From an uncultured Clostridia bacterium (lineage in GTDB: Bacteria > Bacillota > Clostridia > TANB77 > CAG-508), in NCBI GenBank assembly GCA_963558405.1, contig CAUWGC010000006.1:23489-87488 (forward strand): a stretch of DNA of 64,000 bases, read 5' to 3'. The notes under the pieces are model-generated. The model saw only the letters and a list, made by a program, of their open reading frames with translations. It was not told the DNA's origin and searched no databases. The position numbers and the translations under genes are program-made. Shown here piece by piece: positions 10,730 through 21,171 of the stretch (the stretch's first letter is position 1; the number at the start of each line of letters is the position of its first letter).

Positions 10730-11296
10730 CTACTTTCCATTTACTGTAACAATTCCTGCTGATTCTGCCGCAATTTGGTAAGTGTCATTTCCTGTTACAT
10801 GATATAAGAAGTTTCTCAATAATTGAGAAATAGTAACATTAGTATTTTTAACTTTTACAGAAACAATATCTCCTTCTTTTAAAGTAATTCTTGCTTTTTC
10901 TTCTGGATTTAAAACATTCTTACCTTCTAATTCAACATATTTTTCCTGTAATGCATCTAAAATCTGTGTTGTATAAATATTATAATATTCATTTTCACCA
11001 ATTTTATCTTTGTCTTCTTGTGTTACTTTTATTCCTATATTTTCGTCTTTAACCATTACTTGTATATCTACTTCATATGAGTTACCACTAGAATTAATTT
11101 CCCTTACAAATTTATCATAGTCGGCAAGTGATAATTTACCTGTTGCTCTTATATTATCCACAAATTCTGCTGTTGCAGTATGTGCAGAAAGCTGAGCAAT
11201 GTCATCTGTTCTATCCGAAACAGCCATAAGTGGAAATACAAACATTAATATAGCTGCTAAAAATATAGCTACAACTGTAATTAAAGAATCTCCCAT
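10730..11296 (-). CDS. Tad-locus pilin-like/TadE-like protein
   Basis: N-terminal hydrophobic helix; operon context. Confidence 0.6.
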   Translation of the reverse strand: MGDSLITVVAIFLAAILMFVFPLMAVSDRTDDIAQLSAHTATAEFVDNIRATGKLSLADYDKFVREINSSGNSYEVDIQVMVKDENIGIKVTQEDKDKIGENEYYNIYTTQILDALQEKYVELEGKNVLNPEEKARITLKEGDIVSVKVKNTNVTISQLLRNFLYHVTGNDTYQIAAESAGIVTVNGK

Positions 11297-11334
11297 TTTT
11301 AATTTCCTCCTATTTATAAAATCTATTAAGAACC

Positions 11335-12144
11335 TTAGTTAGTAATTAATGTATATGTAATTATCCTTTTTTTCTTTGGTTTCAACAGATTTACAATTTG
11401 TCCATCTACATCTATAACTGTACTAGTATCAGTGGTTTCATAATCAATAATAGGGTTACCATCTGGTCCAAGTATAACTTCTCCATTTTCATCCCTCTTA
11501 TACACGATTTCACCAGATGCATATTCACCTAATGTTTCTACAAATTGGTATTTTTTTGTTTTGCAAGCTTCATAAAAGCCCATTCCAGTATTATTAAAAT
11601 TATTATAATCCACCCATACAGCAGGTTCTCCAGCACTATTTGTCTGGTACACATATTTTCCCCCTGTGATAAAGGCATCTAAATTTAATTTTATATCTTT
11701 TACATTTCCTGCCCATGGTTCATGTCTTTTGTTTTCATCATCTAGGTCAAATGCAAAAATACGAAGACTATCTGGATCATGTCTATTTTCATAATTATAA
11801 TATGTATTGTTCCAATTATCAGGATTTGTTTTCGTGGTATAAATATATAAATTCCCAATTGTTTCTAAAGTACCATCTTCATTTAGTTTTCCAGTTTTAA
11901 ATTGTACTGTATAATTTTCTTTGTAATATCTATACAAAGTAGGGATTATTGTTTCAACCCCTACTACTCTGCTTTTATTTTTACTTGCTTCTACATATTC
12001 ATAATAGTTTGTGTTGTCTTTACTATATAATAAAATATCTGATGTTTCTCTTGCTTTTGTAAATGCAAATATACTAATACCTAGAGCTCCTACAAAAAAG
12101 AGGGCAGCAAATGCTATTTTTAAAGCATCTACAGCATTTTCCAT
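11335..12144 (-). CDS. Pilin-like protein, MENA family
   Basis: MENAVDALKIAF N-terminus similar to neighbours. Confidence 0.6.
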   Translation of the reverse strand: MENAVDALKIAFAALFFVGALGISIFAFTKARETSDILLYSKDNTNYYEYVEASKNKSRVVGVETIIPTLYRYYKENYTVQFKTGKLNEDGTLETIGNLYIYTTKTNPDNWNNTYYNYENRHDPDSLRIFAFDLDDENKRHEPWAGNVKDIKLNLDAFITGGKYVYQTNSAGEPAVWVDYNNFNNTGMGFYEACKTKKYQFVETLGEYASGEIVYKRDENGEVILGPDGNPIIDYETTDTSTVIDVDGQIVNLLKPKKKRIITYTLITN

Positions 12145-12180
12145 AATTATTCATTCCTTTTTGTTTTAAGCTTTATTAAT

Positions 12181-12624
12181 TTAATTTGATCCTGTTTTTC
12201 TTTCAATACCTGCTTGTGTGATTAAACCAGATTGTGGATCAACCGCAAATGTTACTGTATATGTATATCCAGACTTAATAGTAGTTTTAACAGCATTAAT
12301 ACTTGCTTTTGTAACAGCATCAGTTGGTGCTTCAAAATTTTCTGGTGCAGTACCTGAAATTACAGATATTTGTTTTGAAGGGTCATCAATATTTGTATTG
12401 TTATGGCTAATAATAGTTTCTATTAATGATTGAACATTAGAACCTCTTTGTGTTCCTTGGTATGCTAAAAATGGAGCATTATATGTTTGTACTTGTTGTG
12501 CATCCATATTTGCAGATTTTTTTACATTATCTGCTTGTTGATAAATATACATACCTAATCCTATAATCATAATTGAAAGTAATATTGCACCTGCAATAAT
12601 TAATGCTTTTGACGCATTCTCCAT
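12181..12624 (-). CDS. Pilin-like protein, MENA family (candidate major pilin)
   Basis: MENASKALIIAGAILL; strong AAGGAGG RBS. Confidence 0.65.
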   Translation of the reverse strand: MENASKALIIAGAILLSIMIIGLGMYIYQQADNVKKSANMDAQQVQTYNAPFLAYQGTQRGSNVQSLIETIISHNNTNIDDPSKQISVISGTAPENFEAPTDAVTKASINAVKTTIKSGYTYTVTFAVDPQSGLITQAGIERKTGSN

Positions 12625-12698
12625 AAAAAATTCCTCCTTATTCTTTTGATTATTATATTTTTTACTAAGATTTTAAATCTTAATATTAATAACACAGT

Positions 12699-13127
12699 TT
12701 AAATTTGCTCAAAATAAATATATTTTACAAGATTTGTTTTTTCGTGATATTCAATTTTTGTACATTTAAATGCTTGTGAACTATAATTTTTAGCAAAATT
12801 TTCTATTCCTGAAGAATAGATTTTTTCTATTAAATATGTTTTGTTATTATCTTTAAAGTATATTTGTGCTTTAATAGAATTTGTATCATTTTCGATGTAC
12901 TCGTTTTTTTCATCCTTTTGTATATTATTTTTTTTGTTATCATCAACTATTTGATTAATTATGCTTATTAACTCTGTACCTCGAAATGATTTACCATCAT
13001 ATTTTTGATATTTTTGGTTTATTTCTGCAATTTTATTTAAATTTGATTGATAATTATAATATAAATAAAAACTTATACTCAAAAGTAAACCAAATATAAT
13101 TATTGTAATTAATATTAGTTTTTTCAT
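12699..13127 (-). CDS. Pilin-like paralog with divergent N-terminus
   Basis: Shares G..(L/I)IS..N...N and FKCT..EY motifs with neighbours; start at MKKLIL inferred. Confidence 0.55.
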   Translation of the reverse strand: MKKLILITIIIFGLLLSISFYLYYNYQSNLNKIAEINQKYQKYDGKSFRGTELISIINQIVDDNKKNNIQKDEKNEYIENDTNSIKAQIYFKDNNKTYLIEKIYSSGIENFAKNYSSQAFKCTKIEYHEKTNLVKYIYFEQI

Positions 13128-13203
13128 TTTATATCCTCTATACAAAATTATAACATTTATCTACATTATATGCAATCTTTTTTAATTGTTTTTGTTTGGT
13201 AAT

Positions 13204-13720
13204 TTATCTTATTTTTTCAAATTCAATTGAATAAACTCTTTTAGTAATTTTACTTATATTTATTTTTTTACATCTATATAATATTTGACTGTTTTCTTTT
13301 TGTTTGTCATAAGAATTATGTTCTATTATTTCTGTATAATTTAACATTGGATTTCCATTTTTATCTATTAATGTTAGATCTTCTTTTCTGTTCGAAGATG
13401 TACTTGTTGAAAAGTTTGCAATTACCTGTACATATAATGTTGCTTCATTTCCAGAATCATTATTAGATAATTCATATTTTTTATTATTTTCAATTGCAAA
13501 ATTAGCCAACGTGATAATATCATGTATTGTTACATTATCTGAATTTTCATATTTTAAAAATTTTTGATTAAATGAATTTATCTGTACTTTTTCTTTGTCT
13601 AATTCAACTTCTTTTGCATAATTTCCAAAAATAAGAAAAAGAAAAGTACCAATGCCAATAACCATTACTCCGAAGAAGTACAGCCGCTGCTATTAATAAA
13701 GCCTTTGATGCATTTTCCAT
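13204..13720 (-). CDS. Pilin-like protein, MENA family; needs +1 shift at CGG (13669-13672); ~171 aa
   Basis: ATG 13720 with RBS gives MENASKALLIAAAVLL, then C|GGA GTA ATG joins ORF 13204-13665. Confidence 0.75.
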
Positions 13721-13752
13721 TGTCCTTTTCCCTTCCTTTCTTTTAATTAATT

Positions 13753-14277
13753 TTACTTTTTAATTTGATAATTTGGATCTGTTGGATCAATTTCTATAAA
13801 AGACATTTTATTTATTCTTCCAGTCTCATCATTATATTCTACAGATGTACACTTAAATAATTTTCTTTTTAGTTCCGTAAGTTGACCGTCAACTTTTCCT
13901 GCTTGATCAAATTTTGCTTTAAACTCTGCTATTGTGCTATATGTTGTTCCATTTTTTTTACTATTATAAAAATCATCTACTATAGTAAATGTAACACTCA
14001 TATCCATAACATAATTTTGTTCATCAATTCTTGTATATTTTTCATTATTGTCTAACATTTTATTCATTACAGATATAATTTGTCCTCCATATAAATCTCT
14101 TCTATTATATGCTTCATATTCTCTATTAAACTCTGCCAATTGCTTAGTTCTTAGTGATTCTTGTTCTGTTTGTGATACTTCAGATAACTTATTGAACATT
14201 AAAACTAAACCAGATATAGTCATGATAGCAATTAAAACTCCAGCTGCTATTAATAGTGCCTTTGATGCATTTTCCAT
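13753..14277 (-). CDS. Pilin-like protein, MENA family
   Basis: MENASKALLIAAGVLIA; AGGAGG RBS. Confidence 0.65.
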   Translation of the reverse strand: MENASKALLIAAGVLIAIMTISGLVLMFNKLSEVSQTEQESLRTKQLAEFNREYEAYNRRDLYGGQIISVMNKMLDNNEKYTRIDEQNYVMDMSVTFTIVDDFYNSKKNGTTYSTIAEFKAKFDQAGKVDGQLTELKRKLFKCTSVEYNDETGRINKMSFIEIDPTDPNYQIKK

Positions 14278-14302
14278 GTTTATTTACCTCCTTAAACTAC
14301 TA

Positions 14303-16384
14303 TTATTTCATTGCTGCCATTGCATTCATAGACTCTGACATACTTATAATACCAATAAATACTAATGGAATAATTAAGTATCCTACAAATAATATAATCA
14401 TTGGAGCAAATCCAATTGCCTTACCTAACATTCCCTTTCTAGAAATTAATCTATCATTTGATTCTTTTCTTTTTTCTTGATAATATGCTCTTTCTGAATC
14501 TAATTCATCAAAAGCATCTTTAATAGGTATTTTTTCTACTGCAGCTTGAAGACTTTCTATAATACGAACTAATTCTTGGTAACTTATATCTTCTTTCATA
14601 GCCTCTAATGCTTCCCATGGACCACTTTCGTAATTATTAACACACTTGCTTATAGGTTCTTTAAAGATATTTGCATATCTTTCTAACCATTCAAGAATAA
14701 TTTCAACGTTTACTCTTTCAATTTTCATAAGCATCATAATAATTGTTTGGAACTGCATTACTTCATTTTCCATTTCCATTTGTCTCATCTTTAATTGAAA
14801 TTTTAAAAGTAAAATTGGAGACATATATCCTATTACACCAAATACCATTGCCAATAACACTTCAAACCATTTCATGTATTCAGTATTAATTATTTTAAGT
14901 TTATCCATAACCCTTGCAGCTGCTGTATCAATTTCCTCATCTGTAGACTTTTTATAATAAGGAGAACGCTTCATTTCATATTTGATTTGTTCTATTGTAG
15001 TATCTTGTTTTCCTCTAAATTTATTTAAAAAGTAATTATCTTGTTCCGTTGTTTCCATTGCCTTCTTTTTATCTTTTGGATCCATTTGTCCAATAATATT
15101 ATAATCTGCTGTTGGTTCTGTATAAACATAATGAATAGAAATTTGATGAAATTGATAAAATAATACCAAAGAAGCCACACAAGCTGCTACAGCAATACAT
15201 ATTCTGTTTATGTATATCCATTCCATTTTTTGCTTAGAAGCTGAATCTTTTAATAAATCTCTTATTTTACGATAATCTTTAGTTCCTTTTTTTGGAATAA
15301 ATAAATCAACAAATCTTTTTATTAATTTATTTTTGTAAAGTTTTGCTTGCCATGGATTCTCGGTATTTTTTATATTAGTTACAACAGATCCATTATCTTT
15401 TAACTTTCTGGTTAATAAATAACAAACAAATGTCGCTAATAGAATCAGAACTTGAACAATCATTCCATTTTTTCCATTGTAGAAACTCTCTGTAAAAGCA
15501 AATTGTGAAATTGCCCAATTTTTTATTGGTTCAAGACATAACATAGGTACTAATGCAATTACAGACAAACTCTGAAATACATAATTTAATTTATCTCTTT
15601 TTAATAATTCCAATTGTAATTCTTGTGTAATGTTATTTAAGTTTTTTAAATATAATGACCCTCCATCTACCTCACGATCACCAAATTCCTTCGTCAAATA
15701 AGAAATACCAGCAAATTCTTTTAGATAACTGTTAGGAGCTATATCATAATATTTTTCCAATTCACCTTCTGGATCATCAGAAATTAATACTTCATAAATT
15801 TTTTCTGCCTGTCTTGACATTTCTGGTGTATCATCATCTTGAGCTACTTGATAAATTGCCTCTTCTACCATATTGTACTCATGATAAGCATGACGAATTT
15901 CAGAGAAGAAACCAATTTGCTGTTTTAATAGTTCACTATCAATTTTATCTACCCTACCATCAATAAATGTATCTACCATAAATACAGTAAATATAAGTAA
16001 TATTACTCTTAATAGAGTATTTCCACCTGTTAACGCAAAAATAGCTATAATAATTGGTACTAAAGTTATTAATGTTCTTGTTAATATCTTAGAACTTTGT
16101 GTTCTGGTTATATATTCATCATCTAGGTTAATAATCTCAAGTCTTCTTCTTATTTTTAAAAGGTATCTTCTAATGAACGGAGTTCTTAAATAAAATACAT
16201 ACAACTTTTGATATATTACTTCTGTTGAAAATGTTTTTGCTTTAGTTCCCTCTCTTAACTGTTGTATATGCTTTACTTCTGCCGTATTTTGTTTTTTCAT
16301 AAGTATCATATATGCTATAATTACTATAAAAAACAAACTTCCTGCTCCAACCATCATGAACATTATTATGTTATTATCACCCAT
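14303..16384 (-). CDS. TadB/TadC-like fused membrane platform protein
   Basis: 693 aa, several TM segments in two blocks, directly after the secretion ATPase. Confidence 0.6.
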   Translation of the reverse strand: MGDNNIIMFMMVGAGSLFFIVIIAYMILMKKQNTAEVKHIQQLREGTKAKTFSTEVIYQKLYVFYLRTPFIRRYLLKIRRRLEIINLDDEYITRTQSSKILTRTLITLVPIIIAIFALTGGNTLLRVILLIFTVFMVDTFIDGRVDKIDSELLKQQIGFFSEIRHAYHEYNMVEEAIYQVAQDDDTPEMSRQAEKIYEVLISDDPEGELEKYYDIAPNSYLKEFAGISYLTKEFGDREVDGGSLYLKNLNNITQELQLELLKRDKLNYVFQSLSVIALVPMLCLEPIKNWAISQFAFTESFYNGKNGMIVQVLILLATFVCYLLTRKLKDNGSVVTNIKNTENPWQAKLYKNKLIKRFVDLFIPKKGTKDYRKIRDLLKDSASKQKMEWIYINRICIAVAACVASLVLFYQFHQISIHYVYTEPTADYNIIGQMDPKDKKKAMETTEQDNYFLNKFRGKQDTTIEQIKYEMKRSPYYKKSTDEEIDTAAARVMDKLKIINTEYMKWFEVLLAMVFGVIGYMSPILLLKFQLKMRQMEMENEVMQFQTIIMMLMKIERVNVEIILEWLERYANIFKEPISKCVNNYESGPWEALEAMKEDISYQELVRIIESLQAAVEKIPIKDAFDELDSERAYYQEKRKESNDRLISRKGMLGKAIGFAPMIILFVGYLIIPLVFIGIISMSESMNAMAAMK

Positions 16385-16416
16385 TTAGCTCTAGCACCTC
16401 CTCTTATTGCTTATAA

Positions 16417-18394
16417 CTATTCTTTTGTTTTTGGTTTTCTTCCACGTTTTTTACTTTCTTCTTCAATTTTTTCTTGTTTCATTTCAGCTAATTCTTCTGC
16501 TCTTGATTTTAATTTTGTTCCCCAATTTTCTTGCAAAAATTTATCAAAAGCATCAACATCTGTATCGTCCATATTATCACGCATTTCTCTAATATTTTGA
16601 TCAGATATTTTATTAGTTAAAACATAAGTTCCATCTACATATTCCATTATATTTACATATTTATATAATTCTCTATTAGTTGTTTTAGTAAAATAATGTG
16701 TTGCATTATCCATAAATTTATCAAGTTTTCCTTCTAATGTTTTTTCTTTACGATGATCAAAATTATATTCATTTTTGTCTTCTACTGGAATACATTCAGT
16801 TACTCTTTCTATATAACGATTTCCTCTAAAATCTTTTACTAAATGAATATCAAAATTTAATACTTGCACAACTTGCTCTTCTGCTGTTCTTTCATCTGTA
16901 AATACACCTGTTCTAAGCATTGAGTTTCTAAGCGCTGTTACTAAGTTAGGAAATGTTTTAGCGTGGTGTGTAAACAATGTAAACTTAGAAGCTACTTGCG
17001 CAGCTTGAATCATCCAAGATGCAACAGGGTCAGTTGCAACCTCTCCGGATAATATTTACAGAACCGTCAGTTTTCTTTTGAACGTCCAAACCTGCTTGTC
17101 CTGAGATAGTATCCGTTTCACGGAAAGAAAGAATATTTCTTGTTGGATAAATCTTTCTTAAGTGAAGCTCGAATGCTGTCTCCTGAACTCTTATGTTCAT
17201 AGTTTCATATATATTTTCAATCATACCCATAAGCATTGTTGTTTTTCCACAACCTTGCTCACCTGTAAGAGATATAATTCTTGCTCCTTTTACTAAGAAT
17301 TTTAATAAATCAATTGCTTTTTCTTTTCCTGGTGCTCTAATTAATTGTTCTAAAGTTGCACGTTGTACGTCGAATTTTCTTACAAAGAATGCCCATGTTT
17401 CTGAGAAACTTGGTCTTACAACAACTACACGAGATCCGTCTTTCATTTCATTAATTTTGAAACCATTTGTATCAGATAACTGACCTGGATTGTTATATTT
17501 ATATATATTTTGACAAACTCTCTTTAATTCAGCTTCTGTACCAAATGATAAAAATGCAAGACGAATAGATATACCATGAAAGAAAATCCAAATACTATCA
17601 CAAGCTCTTGGTACTTTATGTTCAATAATTTGATCTATGTAATCACTATCAGTTTGTGCAACTTGACTTAAGAAACTTTCTGGAAGACCAGATACACCTC
17701 CTGATACACCATCTATGTTCATATCTCTTATTTCATCAATACTACTATATCCTTTATAATGTTGATAAATTCTTTGAACAACAACATTTAATTTATCTGA
17801 AAAAGCTAACATAAAATTTTCTTTTTCATAAATGTCACTAATTTCTTCTGCTGTAATAACATAACATGGTTTAGAATCACCTGTTACATATTTTAGTTCA
17901 TCAAGTTTATATTTTTTTATTAATTGGTTAAGTGCTTCATATCCAAATTCCCTTTTGTACATATAAATAATAATATCAAATTTATCTTGTGGTGTTAGTA
18001 AAGATGGTATGTCAAATGGAATAGCTTTTGAAATATTTGTTTCATCAACTCCATATTCTTGATATAATAAATCATATATCAATTCTTTAACATATTTTTT
18101 ATCGTTAACATCACCATAAGTACAGCCTTTTAATGCTTTTTTTAACTCATACTTTTTGTTTTTTCTTCTTTTTAATTCTTCTTCTGACAATCCAATATCG
18201 TATAAATTAACTTTAGTAATTTCATCTAATCTTCTTTTAACGAACTCTTTCATTTTATCCAAAGTATAAGTTTTATCATCCACATCAACAGTTTCTTCTA
18301 CTTCTGCATTTTTTTTCTTAGTAATAAAATACATTACTAAAATAATAGCTCCAAATAGAACAACTGCTATTAGTACAATATTAAGTATATTCAT
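16417..18394 (-). CDS. CpaF/TadA-like pilus assembly ATPase; needs +1 shift at CGG (17044-17047); ~658 aa
   Basis: Walker A GEQGCGKTT; Walker B VNII-GEVA restored only by skipping the C; His box FTHHAKT lies in the downstream frame. Confidence 0.85.
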
Positions 18395-18421
18395 TTGAAG
18401 GCTCCTTTCTATTTTGTTTTC

Positions 18422-19261
18422 CTAGATTCTTGTTTGTAATTCTTGTAGTTTATAAACAATACTTTCTGCAATTTTTTTTACTTCATCTATAAATATTGCA
18501 TTACGATCTAGTTTGTCAAGATTTCTCATTCTTAAAAAGAAATCTGCAATTTTCCCCTCACTACAAGCTTCAAAGAATAAAGTATTGTAAGGAACCACTC
18601 CTGGTTCTTTTTTCATATGATAAAATCTAGTAATATTTTTAGCACTATATTTAGAAAATTTGTCATATCTTCCTAGCAATAACATAATATTTCTTTTAGA
18701 CAAAAACTGTTCCTCTTCTCTTAATTTTGCAAATTCATTTATAAGCTTTAATCTTTGTGTTAAATTTGCAATAATTACATCTGACATTTCTAATATTTCT
18801 CTATTATATTCTTCATCTAATCCCTTATTTAAATCTACAAACACCAAATCATAATACTGGCTTGCAGTTTTAAGAACTTCAGGATATACTTTTTTTATTT
18901 GTGCATATTCTTGTTCGGTATTCGTTTCTGTACTAAATAATACATCTAATCTATCTTTAAAAACGATTCTAGTATAATTAGTTATTATTTCTGGAGAAGT
19001 TTTATTACTAGCTATAATTTTTATTAATCCATCAATACCAGAATCTAAAGCCACCTTTTTGTTTCCTGCTATTTCTTTTATTAAATTAGTAGATTTATTT
19101 AAATCCCAAAAACATTCTTCTAATGTTTTATCATTATTTTTAGTTGATAAAATTAAGATTTTATAATTATGCTCAATTGCCATATATGTAGCAACTGCAG
19201 CCATTGATAATGTTTGAGCAGTTTCATTTTTTTCATTGCTCCAAAATGTTATAATAGGCAT
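18422..19261 (-). CDS. ParA/MinD-like (CpaE/TadZ-like) protein with degenerate P-loop
   Basis: ParA-type layout (YYDLVFVDL, DVIIANL); pilus context. Confidence 0.6.
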   Translation of the reverse strand: MPIITFWSNEKNETAQTLSMAAVATYMAIEHNYKILILSTKNNDKTLEECFWDLNKSTNLIKEIAGNKKVALDSGIDGLIKIIASNKTSPEIITNYTRIVFKDRLDVLFSTETNTEQEYAQIKKVYPEVLKTASQYYDLVFVDLNKGLDEEYNREILEMSDVIIANLTQRLKLINEFAKLREEEQFLSKRNIMLLLGRYDKFSKYSAKNITRFYHMKKEPGVVPYNTLFFEACSEGKIADFFLRMRNLDKLDRNAIFIDEVKKIAESIVYKLQELQTRI

Positions 19262-19263
19262 AT

Positions 19264-19962
19264 TTATACTCCTTTTTCAATTTGTCGCATTATTTTTTTA
19301 ACTTCTAAATTATTAATATTATTTGAAATTTGTTCTACTATATATGCTAATCCTTCTTTATATTGATTGCTTAATTTTTTTAACTTTATTTTAGAAACCC
19401 TTTGATTTTCTATTATGACGCTTTGGTCTCCTAATTCAAAGGGAAAATATATTCTATCATCATTCCATACAATTTTATATCCTAAAGATAGGAAATTTAA
19501 GTATTCATTATCTTCTTCCAAAATATGTTTGCAAAATAAAACTTTTGTAAGATTTAATGGTTCTGTTATTCCACTTAAAATTTCAAGACCTCTTTTTAAA
19601 GAATACATATCAAAAGAAGTTACAAAATAATTTAAATCTGCTGTTTTCATATCAAAATTTTCTAACACTCTAGCATTATCAGTATCTACAAGAGCAATAT
19701 CATAAGGAAGTACAGCATGTAGAGGAATTCCTAAATACTCTTTTATCTTGTCAAAATCTTCAAAACCAACTGCAACATCCATACCCTCATATTCTGTTAC
19801 ATATGTTGTTGTAGGGTTTATTACTGGTACTATGTATTTAGCTTTTTGATTTAAGGTAGAATCGATAACAATTACTTTTTTACCTATAGTTGTTAAAATT
19901 TTAGCAATATATATAATAAAGTCTGTTTTATCAAAAGCCCCTATAAATCCTATTTTCTTCAT
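19264..19962 (-). CDS. Second degenerate ParA/MinD-like pilus-associated protein
   Basis: MKKIGFIGAFDKTD...KKVIVID; start at MKKIGF behind GAAAGGAAG RBS. Confidence 0.55.
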   Translation of the reverse strand: MKKIGFIGAFDKTDFIIYIAKILTTIGKKVIVIDSTLNQKAKYIVPVINPTTTYVTEYEGMDVAVGFEDFDKIKEYLGIPLHAVLPYDIALVDTDNARVLENFDMKTADLNYFVTSFDMYSLKRGLEILSGITEPLNLTKVLFCKHILEEDNEYLNFLSLGYKIVWNDDRIYFPFELGDQSVIIENQRVSKIKLKKLSNQYKEGLAYIVEQISNNINNLEVKKIMRQIEKGV

Positions 19963-19984
19963 GTTATACTTCCTTTCTTTTAAT

Positions 19985-20935
19985 TTATACTCCTGCACCC
20001 ATTGCTTCTAAATATCTTGTTCTTTCATCTTGTTGTTTCTTTAATTCTTCTTGAACTGCTGACTCAACATTGTCTTGTGCATCTTCTGCATTTGCATTTA
20101 CTTGATTTTGTATATCTTGTCTATTTTCTCCTGATGTACTTTGTCTTGCAGATAATTCTTCTTTTGCTTTTTGAATAATGTTTGGATCTCTATTAATAAC
20201 CCCAATTACTTCGTTGCTTGGAATATATGTTGGTGTTGCAGCATCTTGTAATCCTGGTTCTACATAAGCTGTAACATATAATTTAGCTCCAGGGATAATG
20301 TAAGATTCTACAATAGCATTGCTCATTAATAAAATTTCATCTTCTCTTAATTTTAACCAAATTGAACTTTCAGAAGGAATTCCTCCTATCATTGGTATTG
20401 TGATTTGTTTTTTTGAAACTACAAGATAATCTAATCCATTTGGTAATTGTATACGAACATCAATATATTGTTGATCTTCAATTTGTGTTGGAAGACTAAT
20501 CATATTATACTCAACTACTCGTAAATTTTTAGTATCTTCTGCAGAAGTGTCTAGTATCATATCTGTTGTCAAAATTGTACCAGCTTCTATATTAATTTTA
20601 GCATTCTTTAAATTCAAAATACTATCTTTACCTGTTTCTGAATTTTGAACAATCTCTTCAAATTCGCTTGCACCACTAATCATATTATTTGGTATGCAAT
20701 CTTTTGATACTTCTACAGTTTTTATATCTTCTGGCTTAATTGTTTCTCCAGATTTAATTTGTCTATTAGCTACATATGCGATTGATATTGTCTTTAATTG
20801 TGCTTCTTGTTCACTCTCTACCTTTCCCAATTGAATTACCAAAAAAGCAATTACTAATGCAGATATTATTAAACAAATTAAAAAACCTAATAAAAATGAA
20901 TTTTTTGCCTTTCTTTGCATAGGGTTTACAGCCAT
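19985..20935 (-). CDS. SAF-domain CpaB/RcpC-like pilus assembly protein
   Basis: N-terminal TM; VANRQIKSGETIKPED SAF signature; YIDVRIQLPNG. Confidence 0.7.
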   Translation of the reverse strand: MAVNPMQRKAKNSFLLGFLICLIISALVIAFLVIQLGKVESEQEAQLKTISIAYVANRQIKSGETIKPEDIKTVEVSKDCIPNNMISGASEFEEIVQNSETGKDSILNLKNAKINIEAGTILTTDMILDTSAEDTKNLRVVEYNMISLPTQIEDQQYIDVRIQLPNGLDYLVVSKKQITIPMIGGIPSESSIWLKLREDEILLMSNAIVESYIIPGAKLYVTAYVEPGLQDAATPTYIPSNEVIGVINRDPNIIQKAKEELSARQSTSGENRQDIQNQVNANAEDAQDNVESAVQEELKKQQDERTRYLEAMGAGV

Positions 20936-21171
20936 TTTAAATTCCTCCTTTAATTATGTCTTTATCATTTTTAGACACAATATTCCTACTTTATTTATTG
21001 TACAACAATTTACAATTAAAAACAATAAAATACCATCTTGTAATTCAAATATAATATTTTTGTAATGTAATTGTAATATTTAAAAATATTTCTAAATTTT
21101 CTATTTGCATACTTATAAAAACATGTTAAAATAATATTGTGCATTTAATAATAAAGGAGGAATCGTATAAA

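Noticed and set aside
11485-11500. AGG as a similar shift signal
   Set aside because: In-frame AGG occurs in uninterrupted ORFs (e.g. AAG AGG GAT here, GAA AGG CAA in yhcG).
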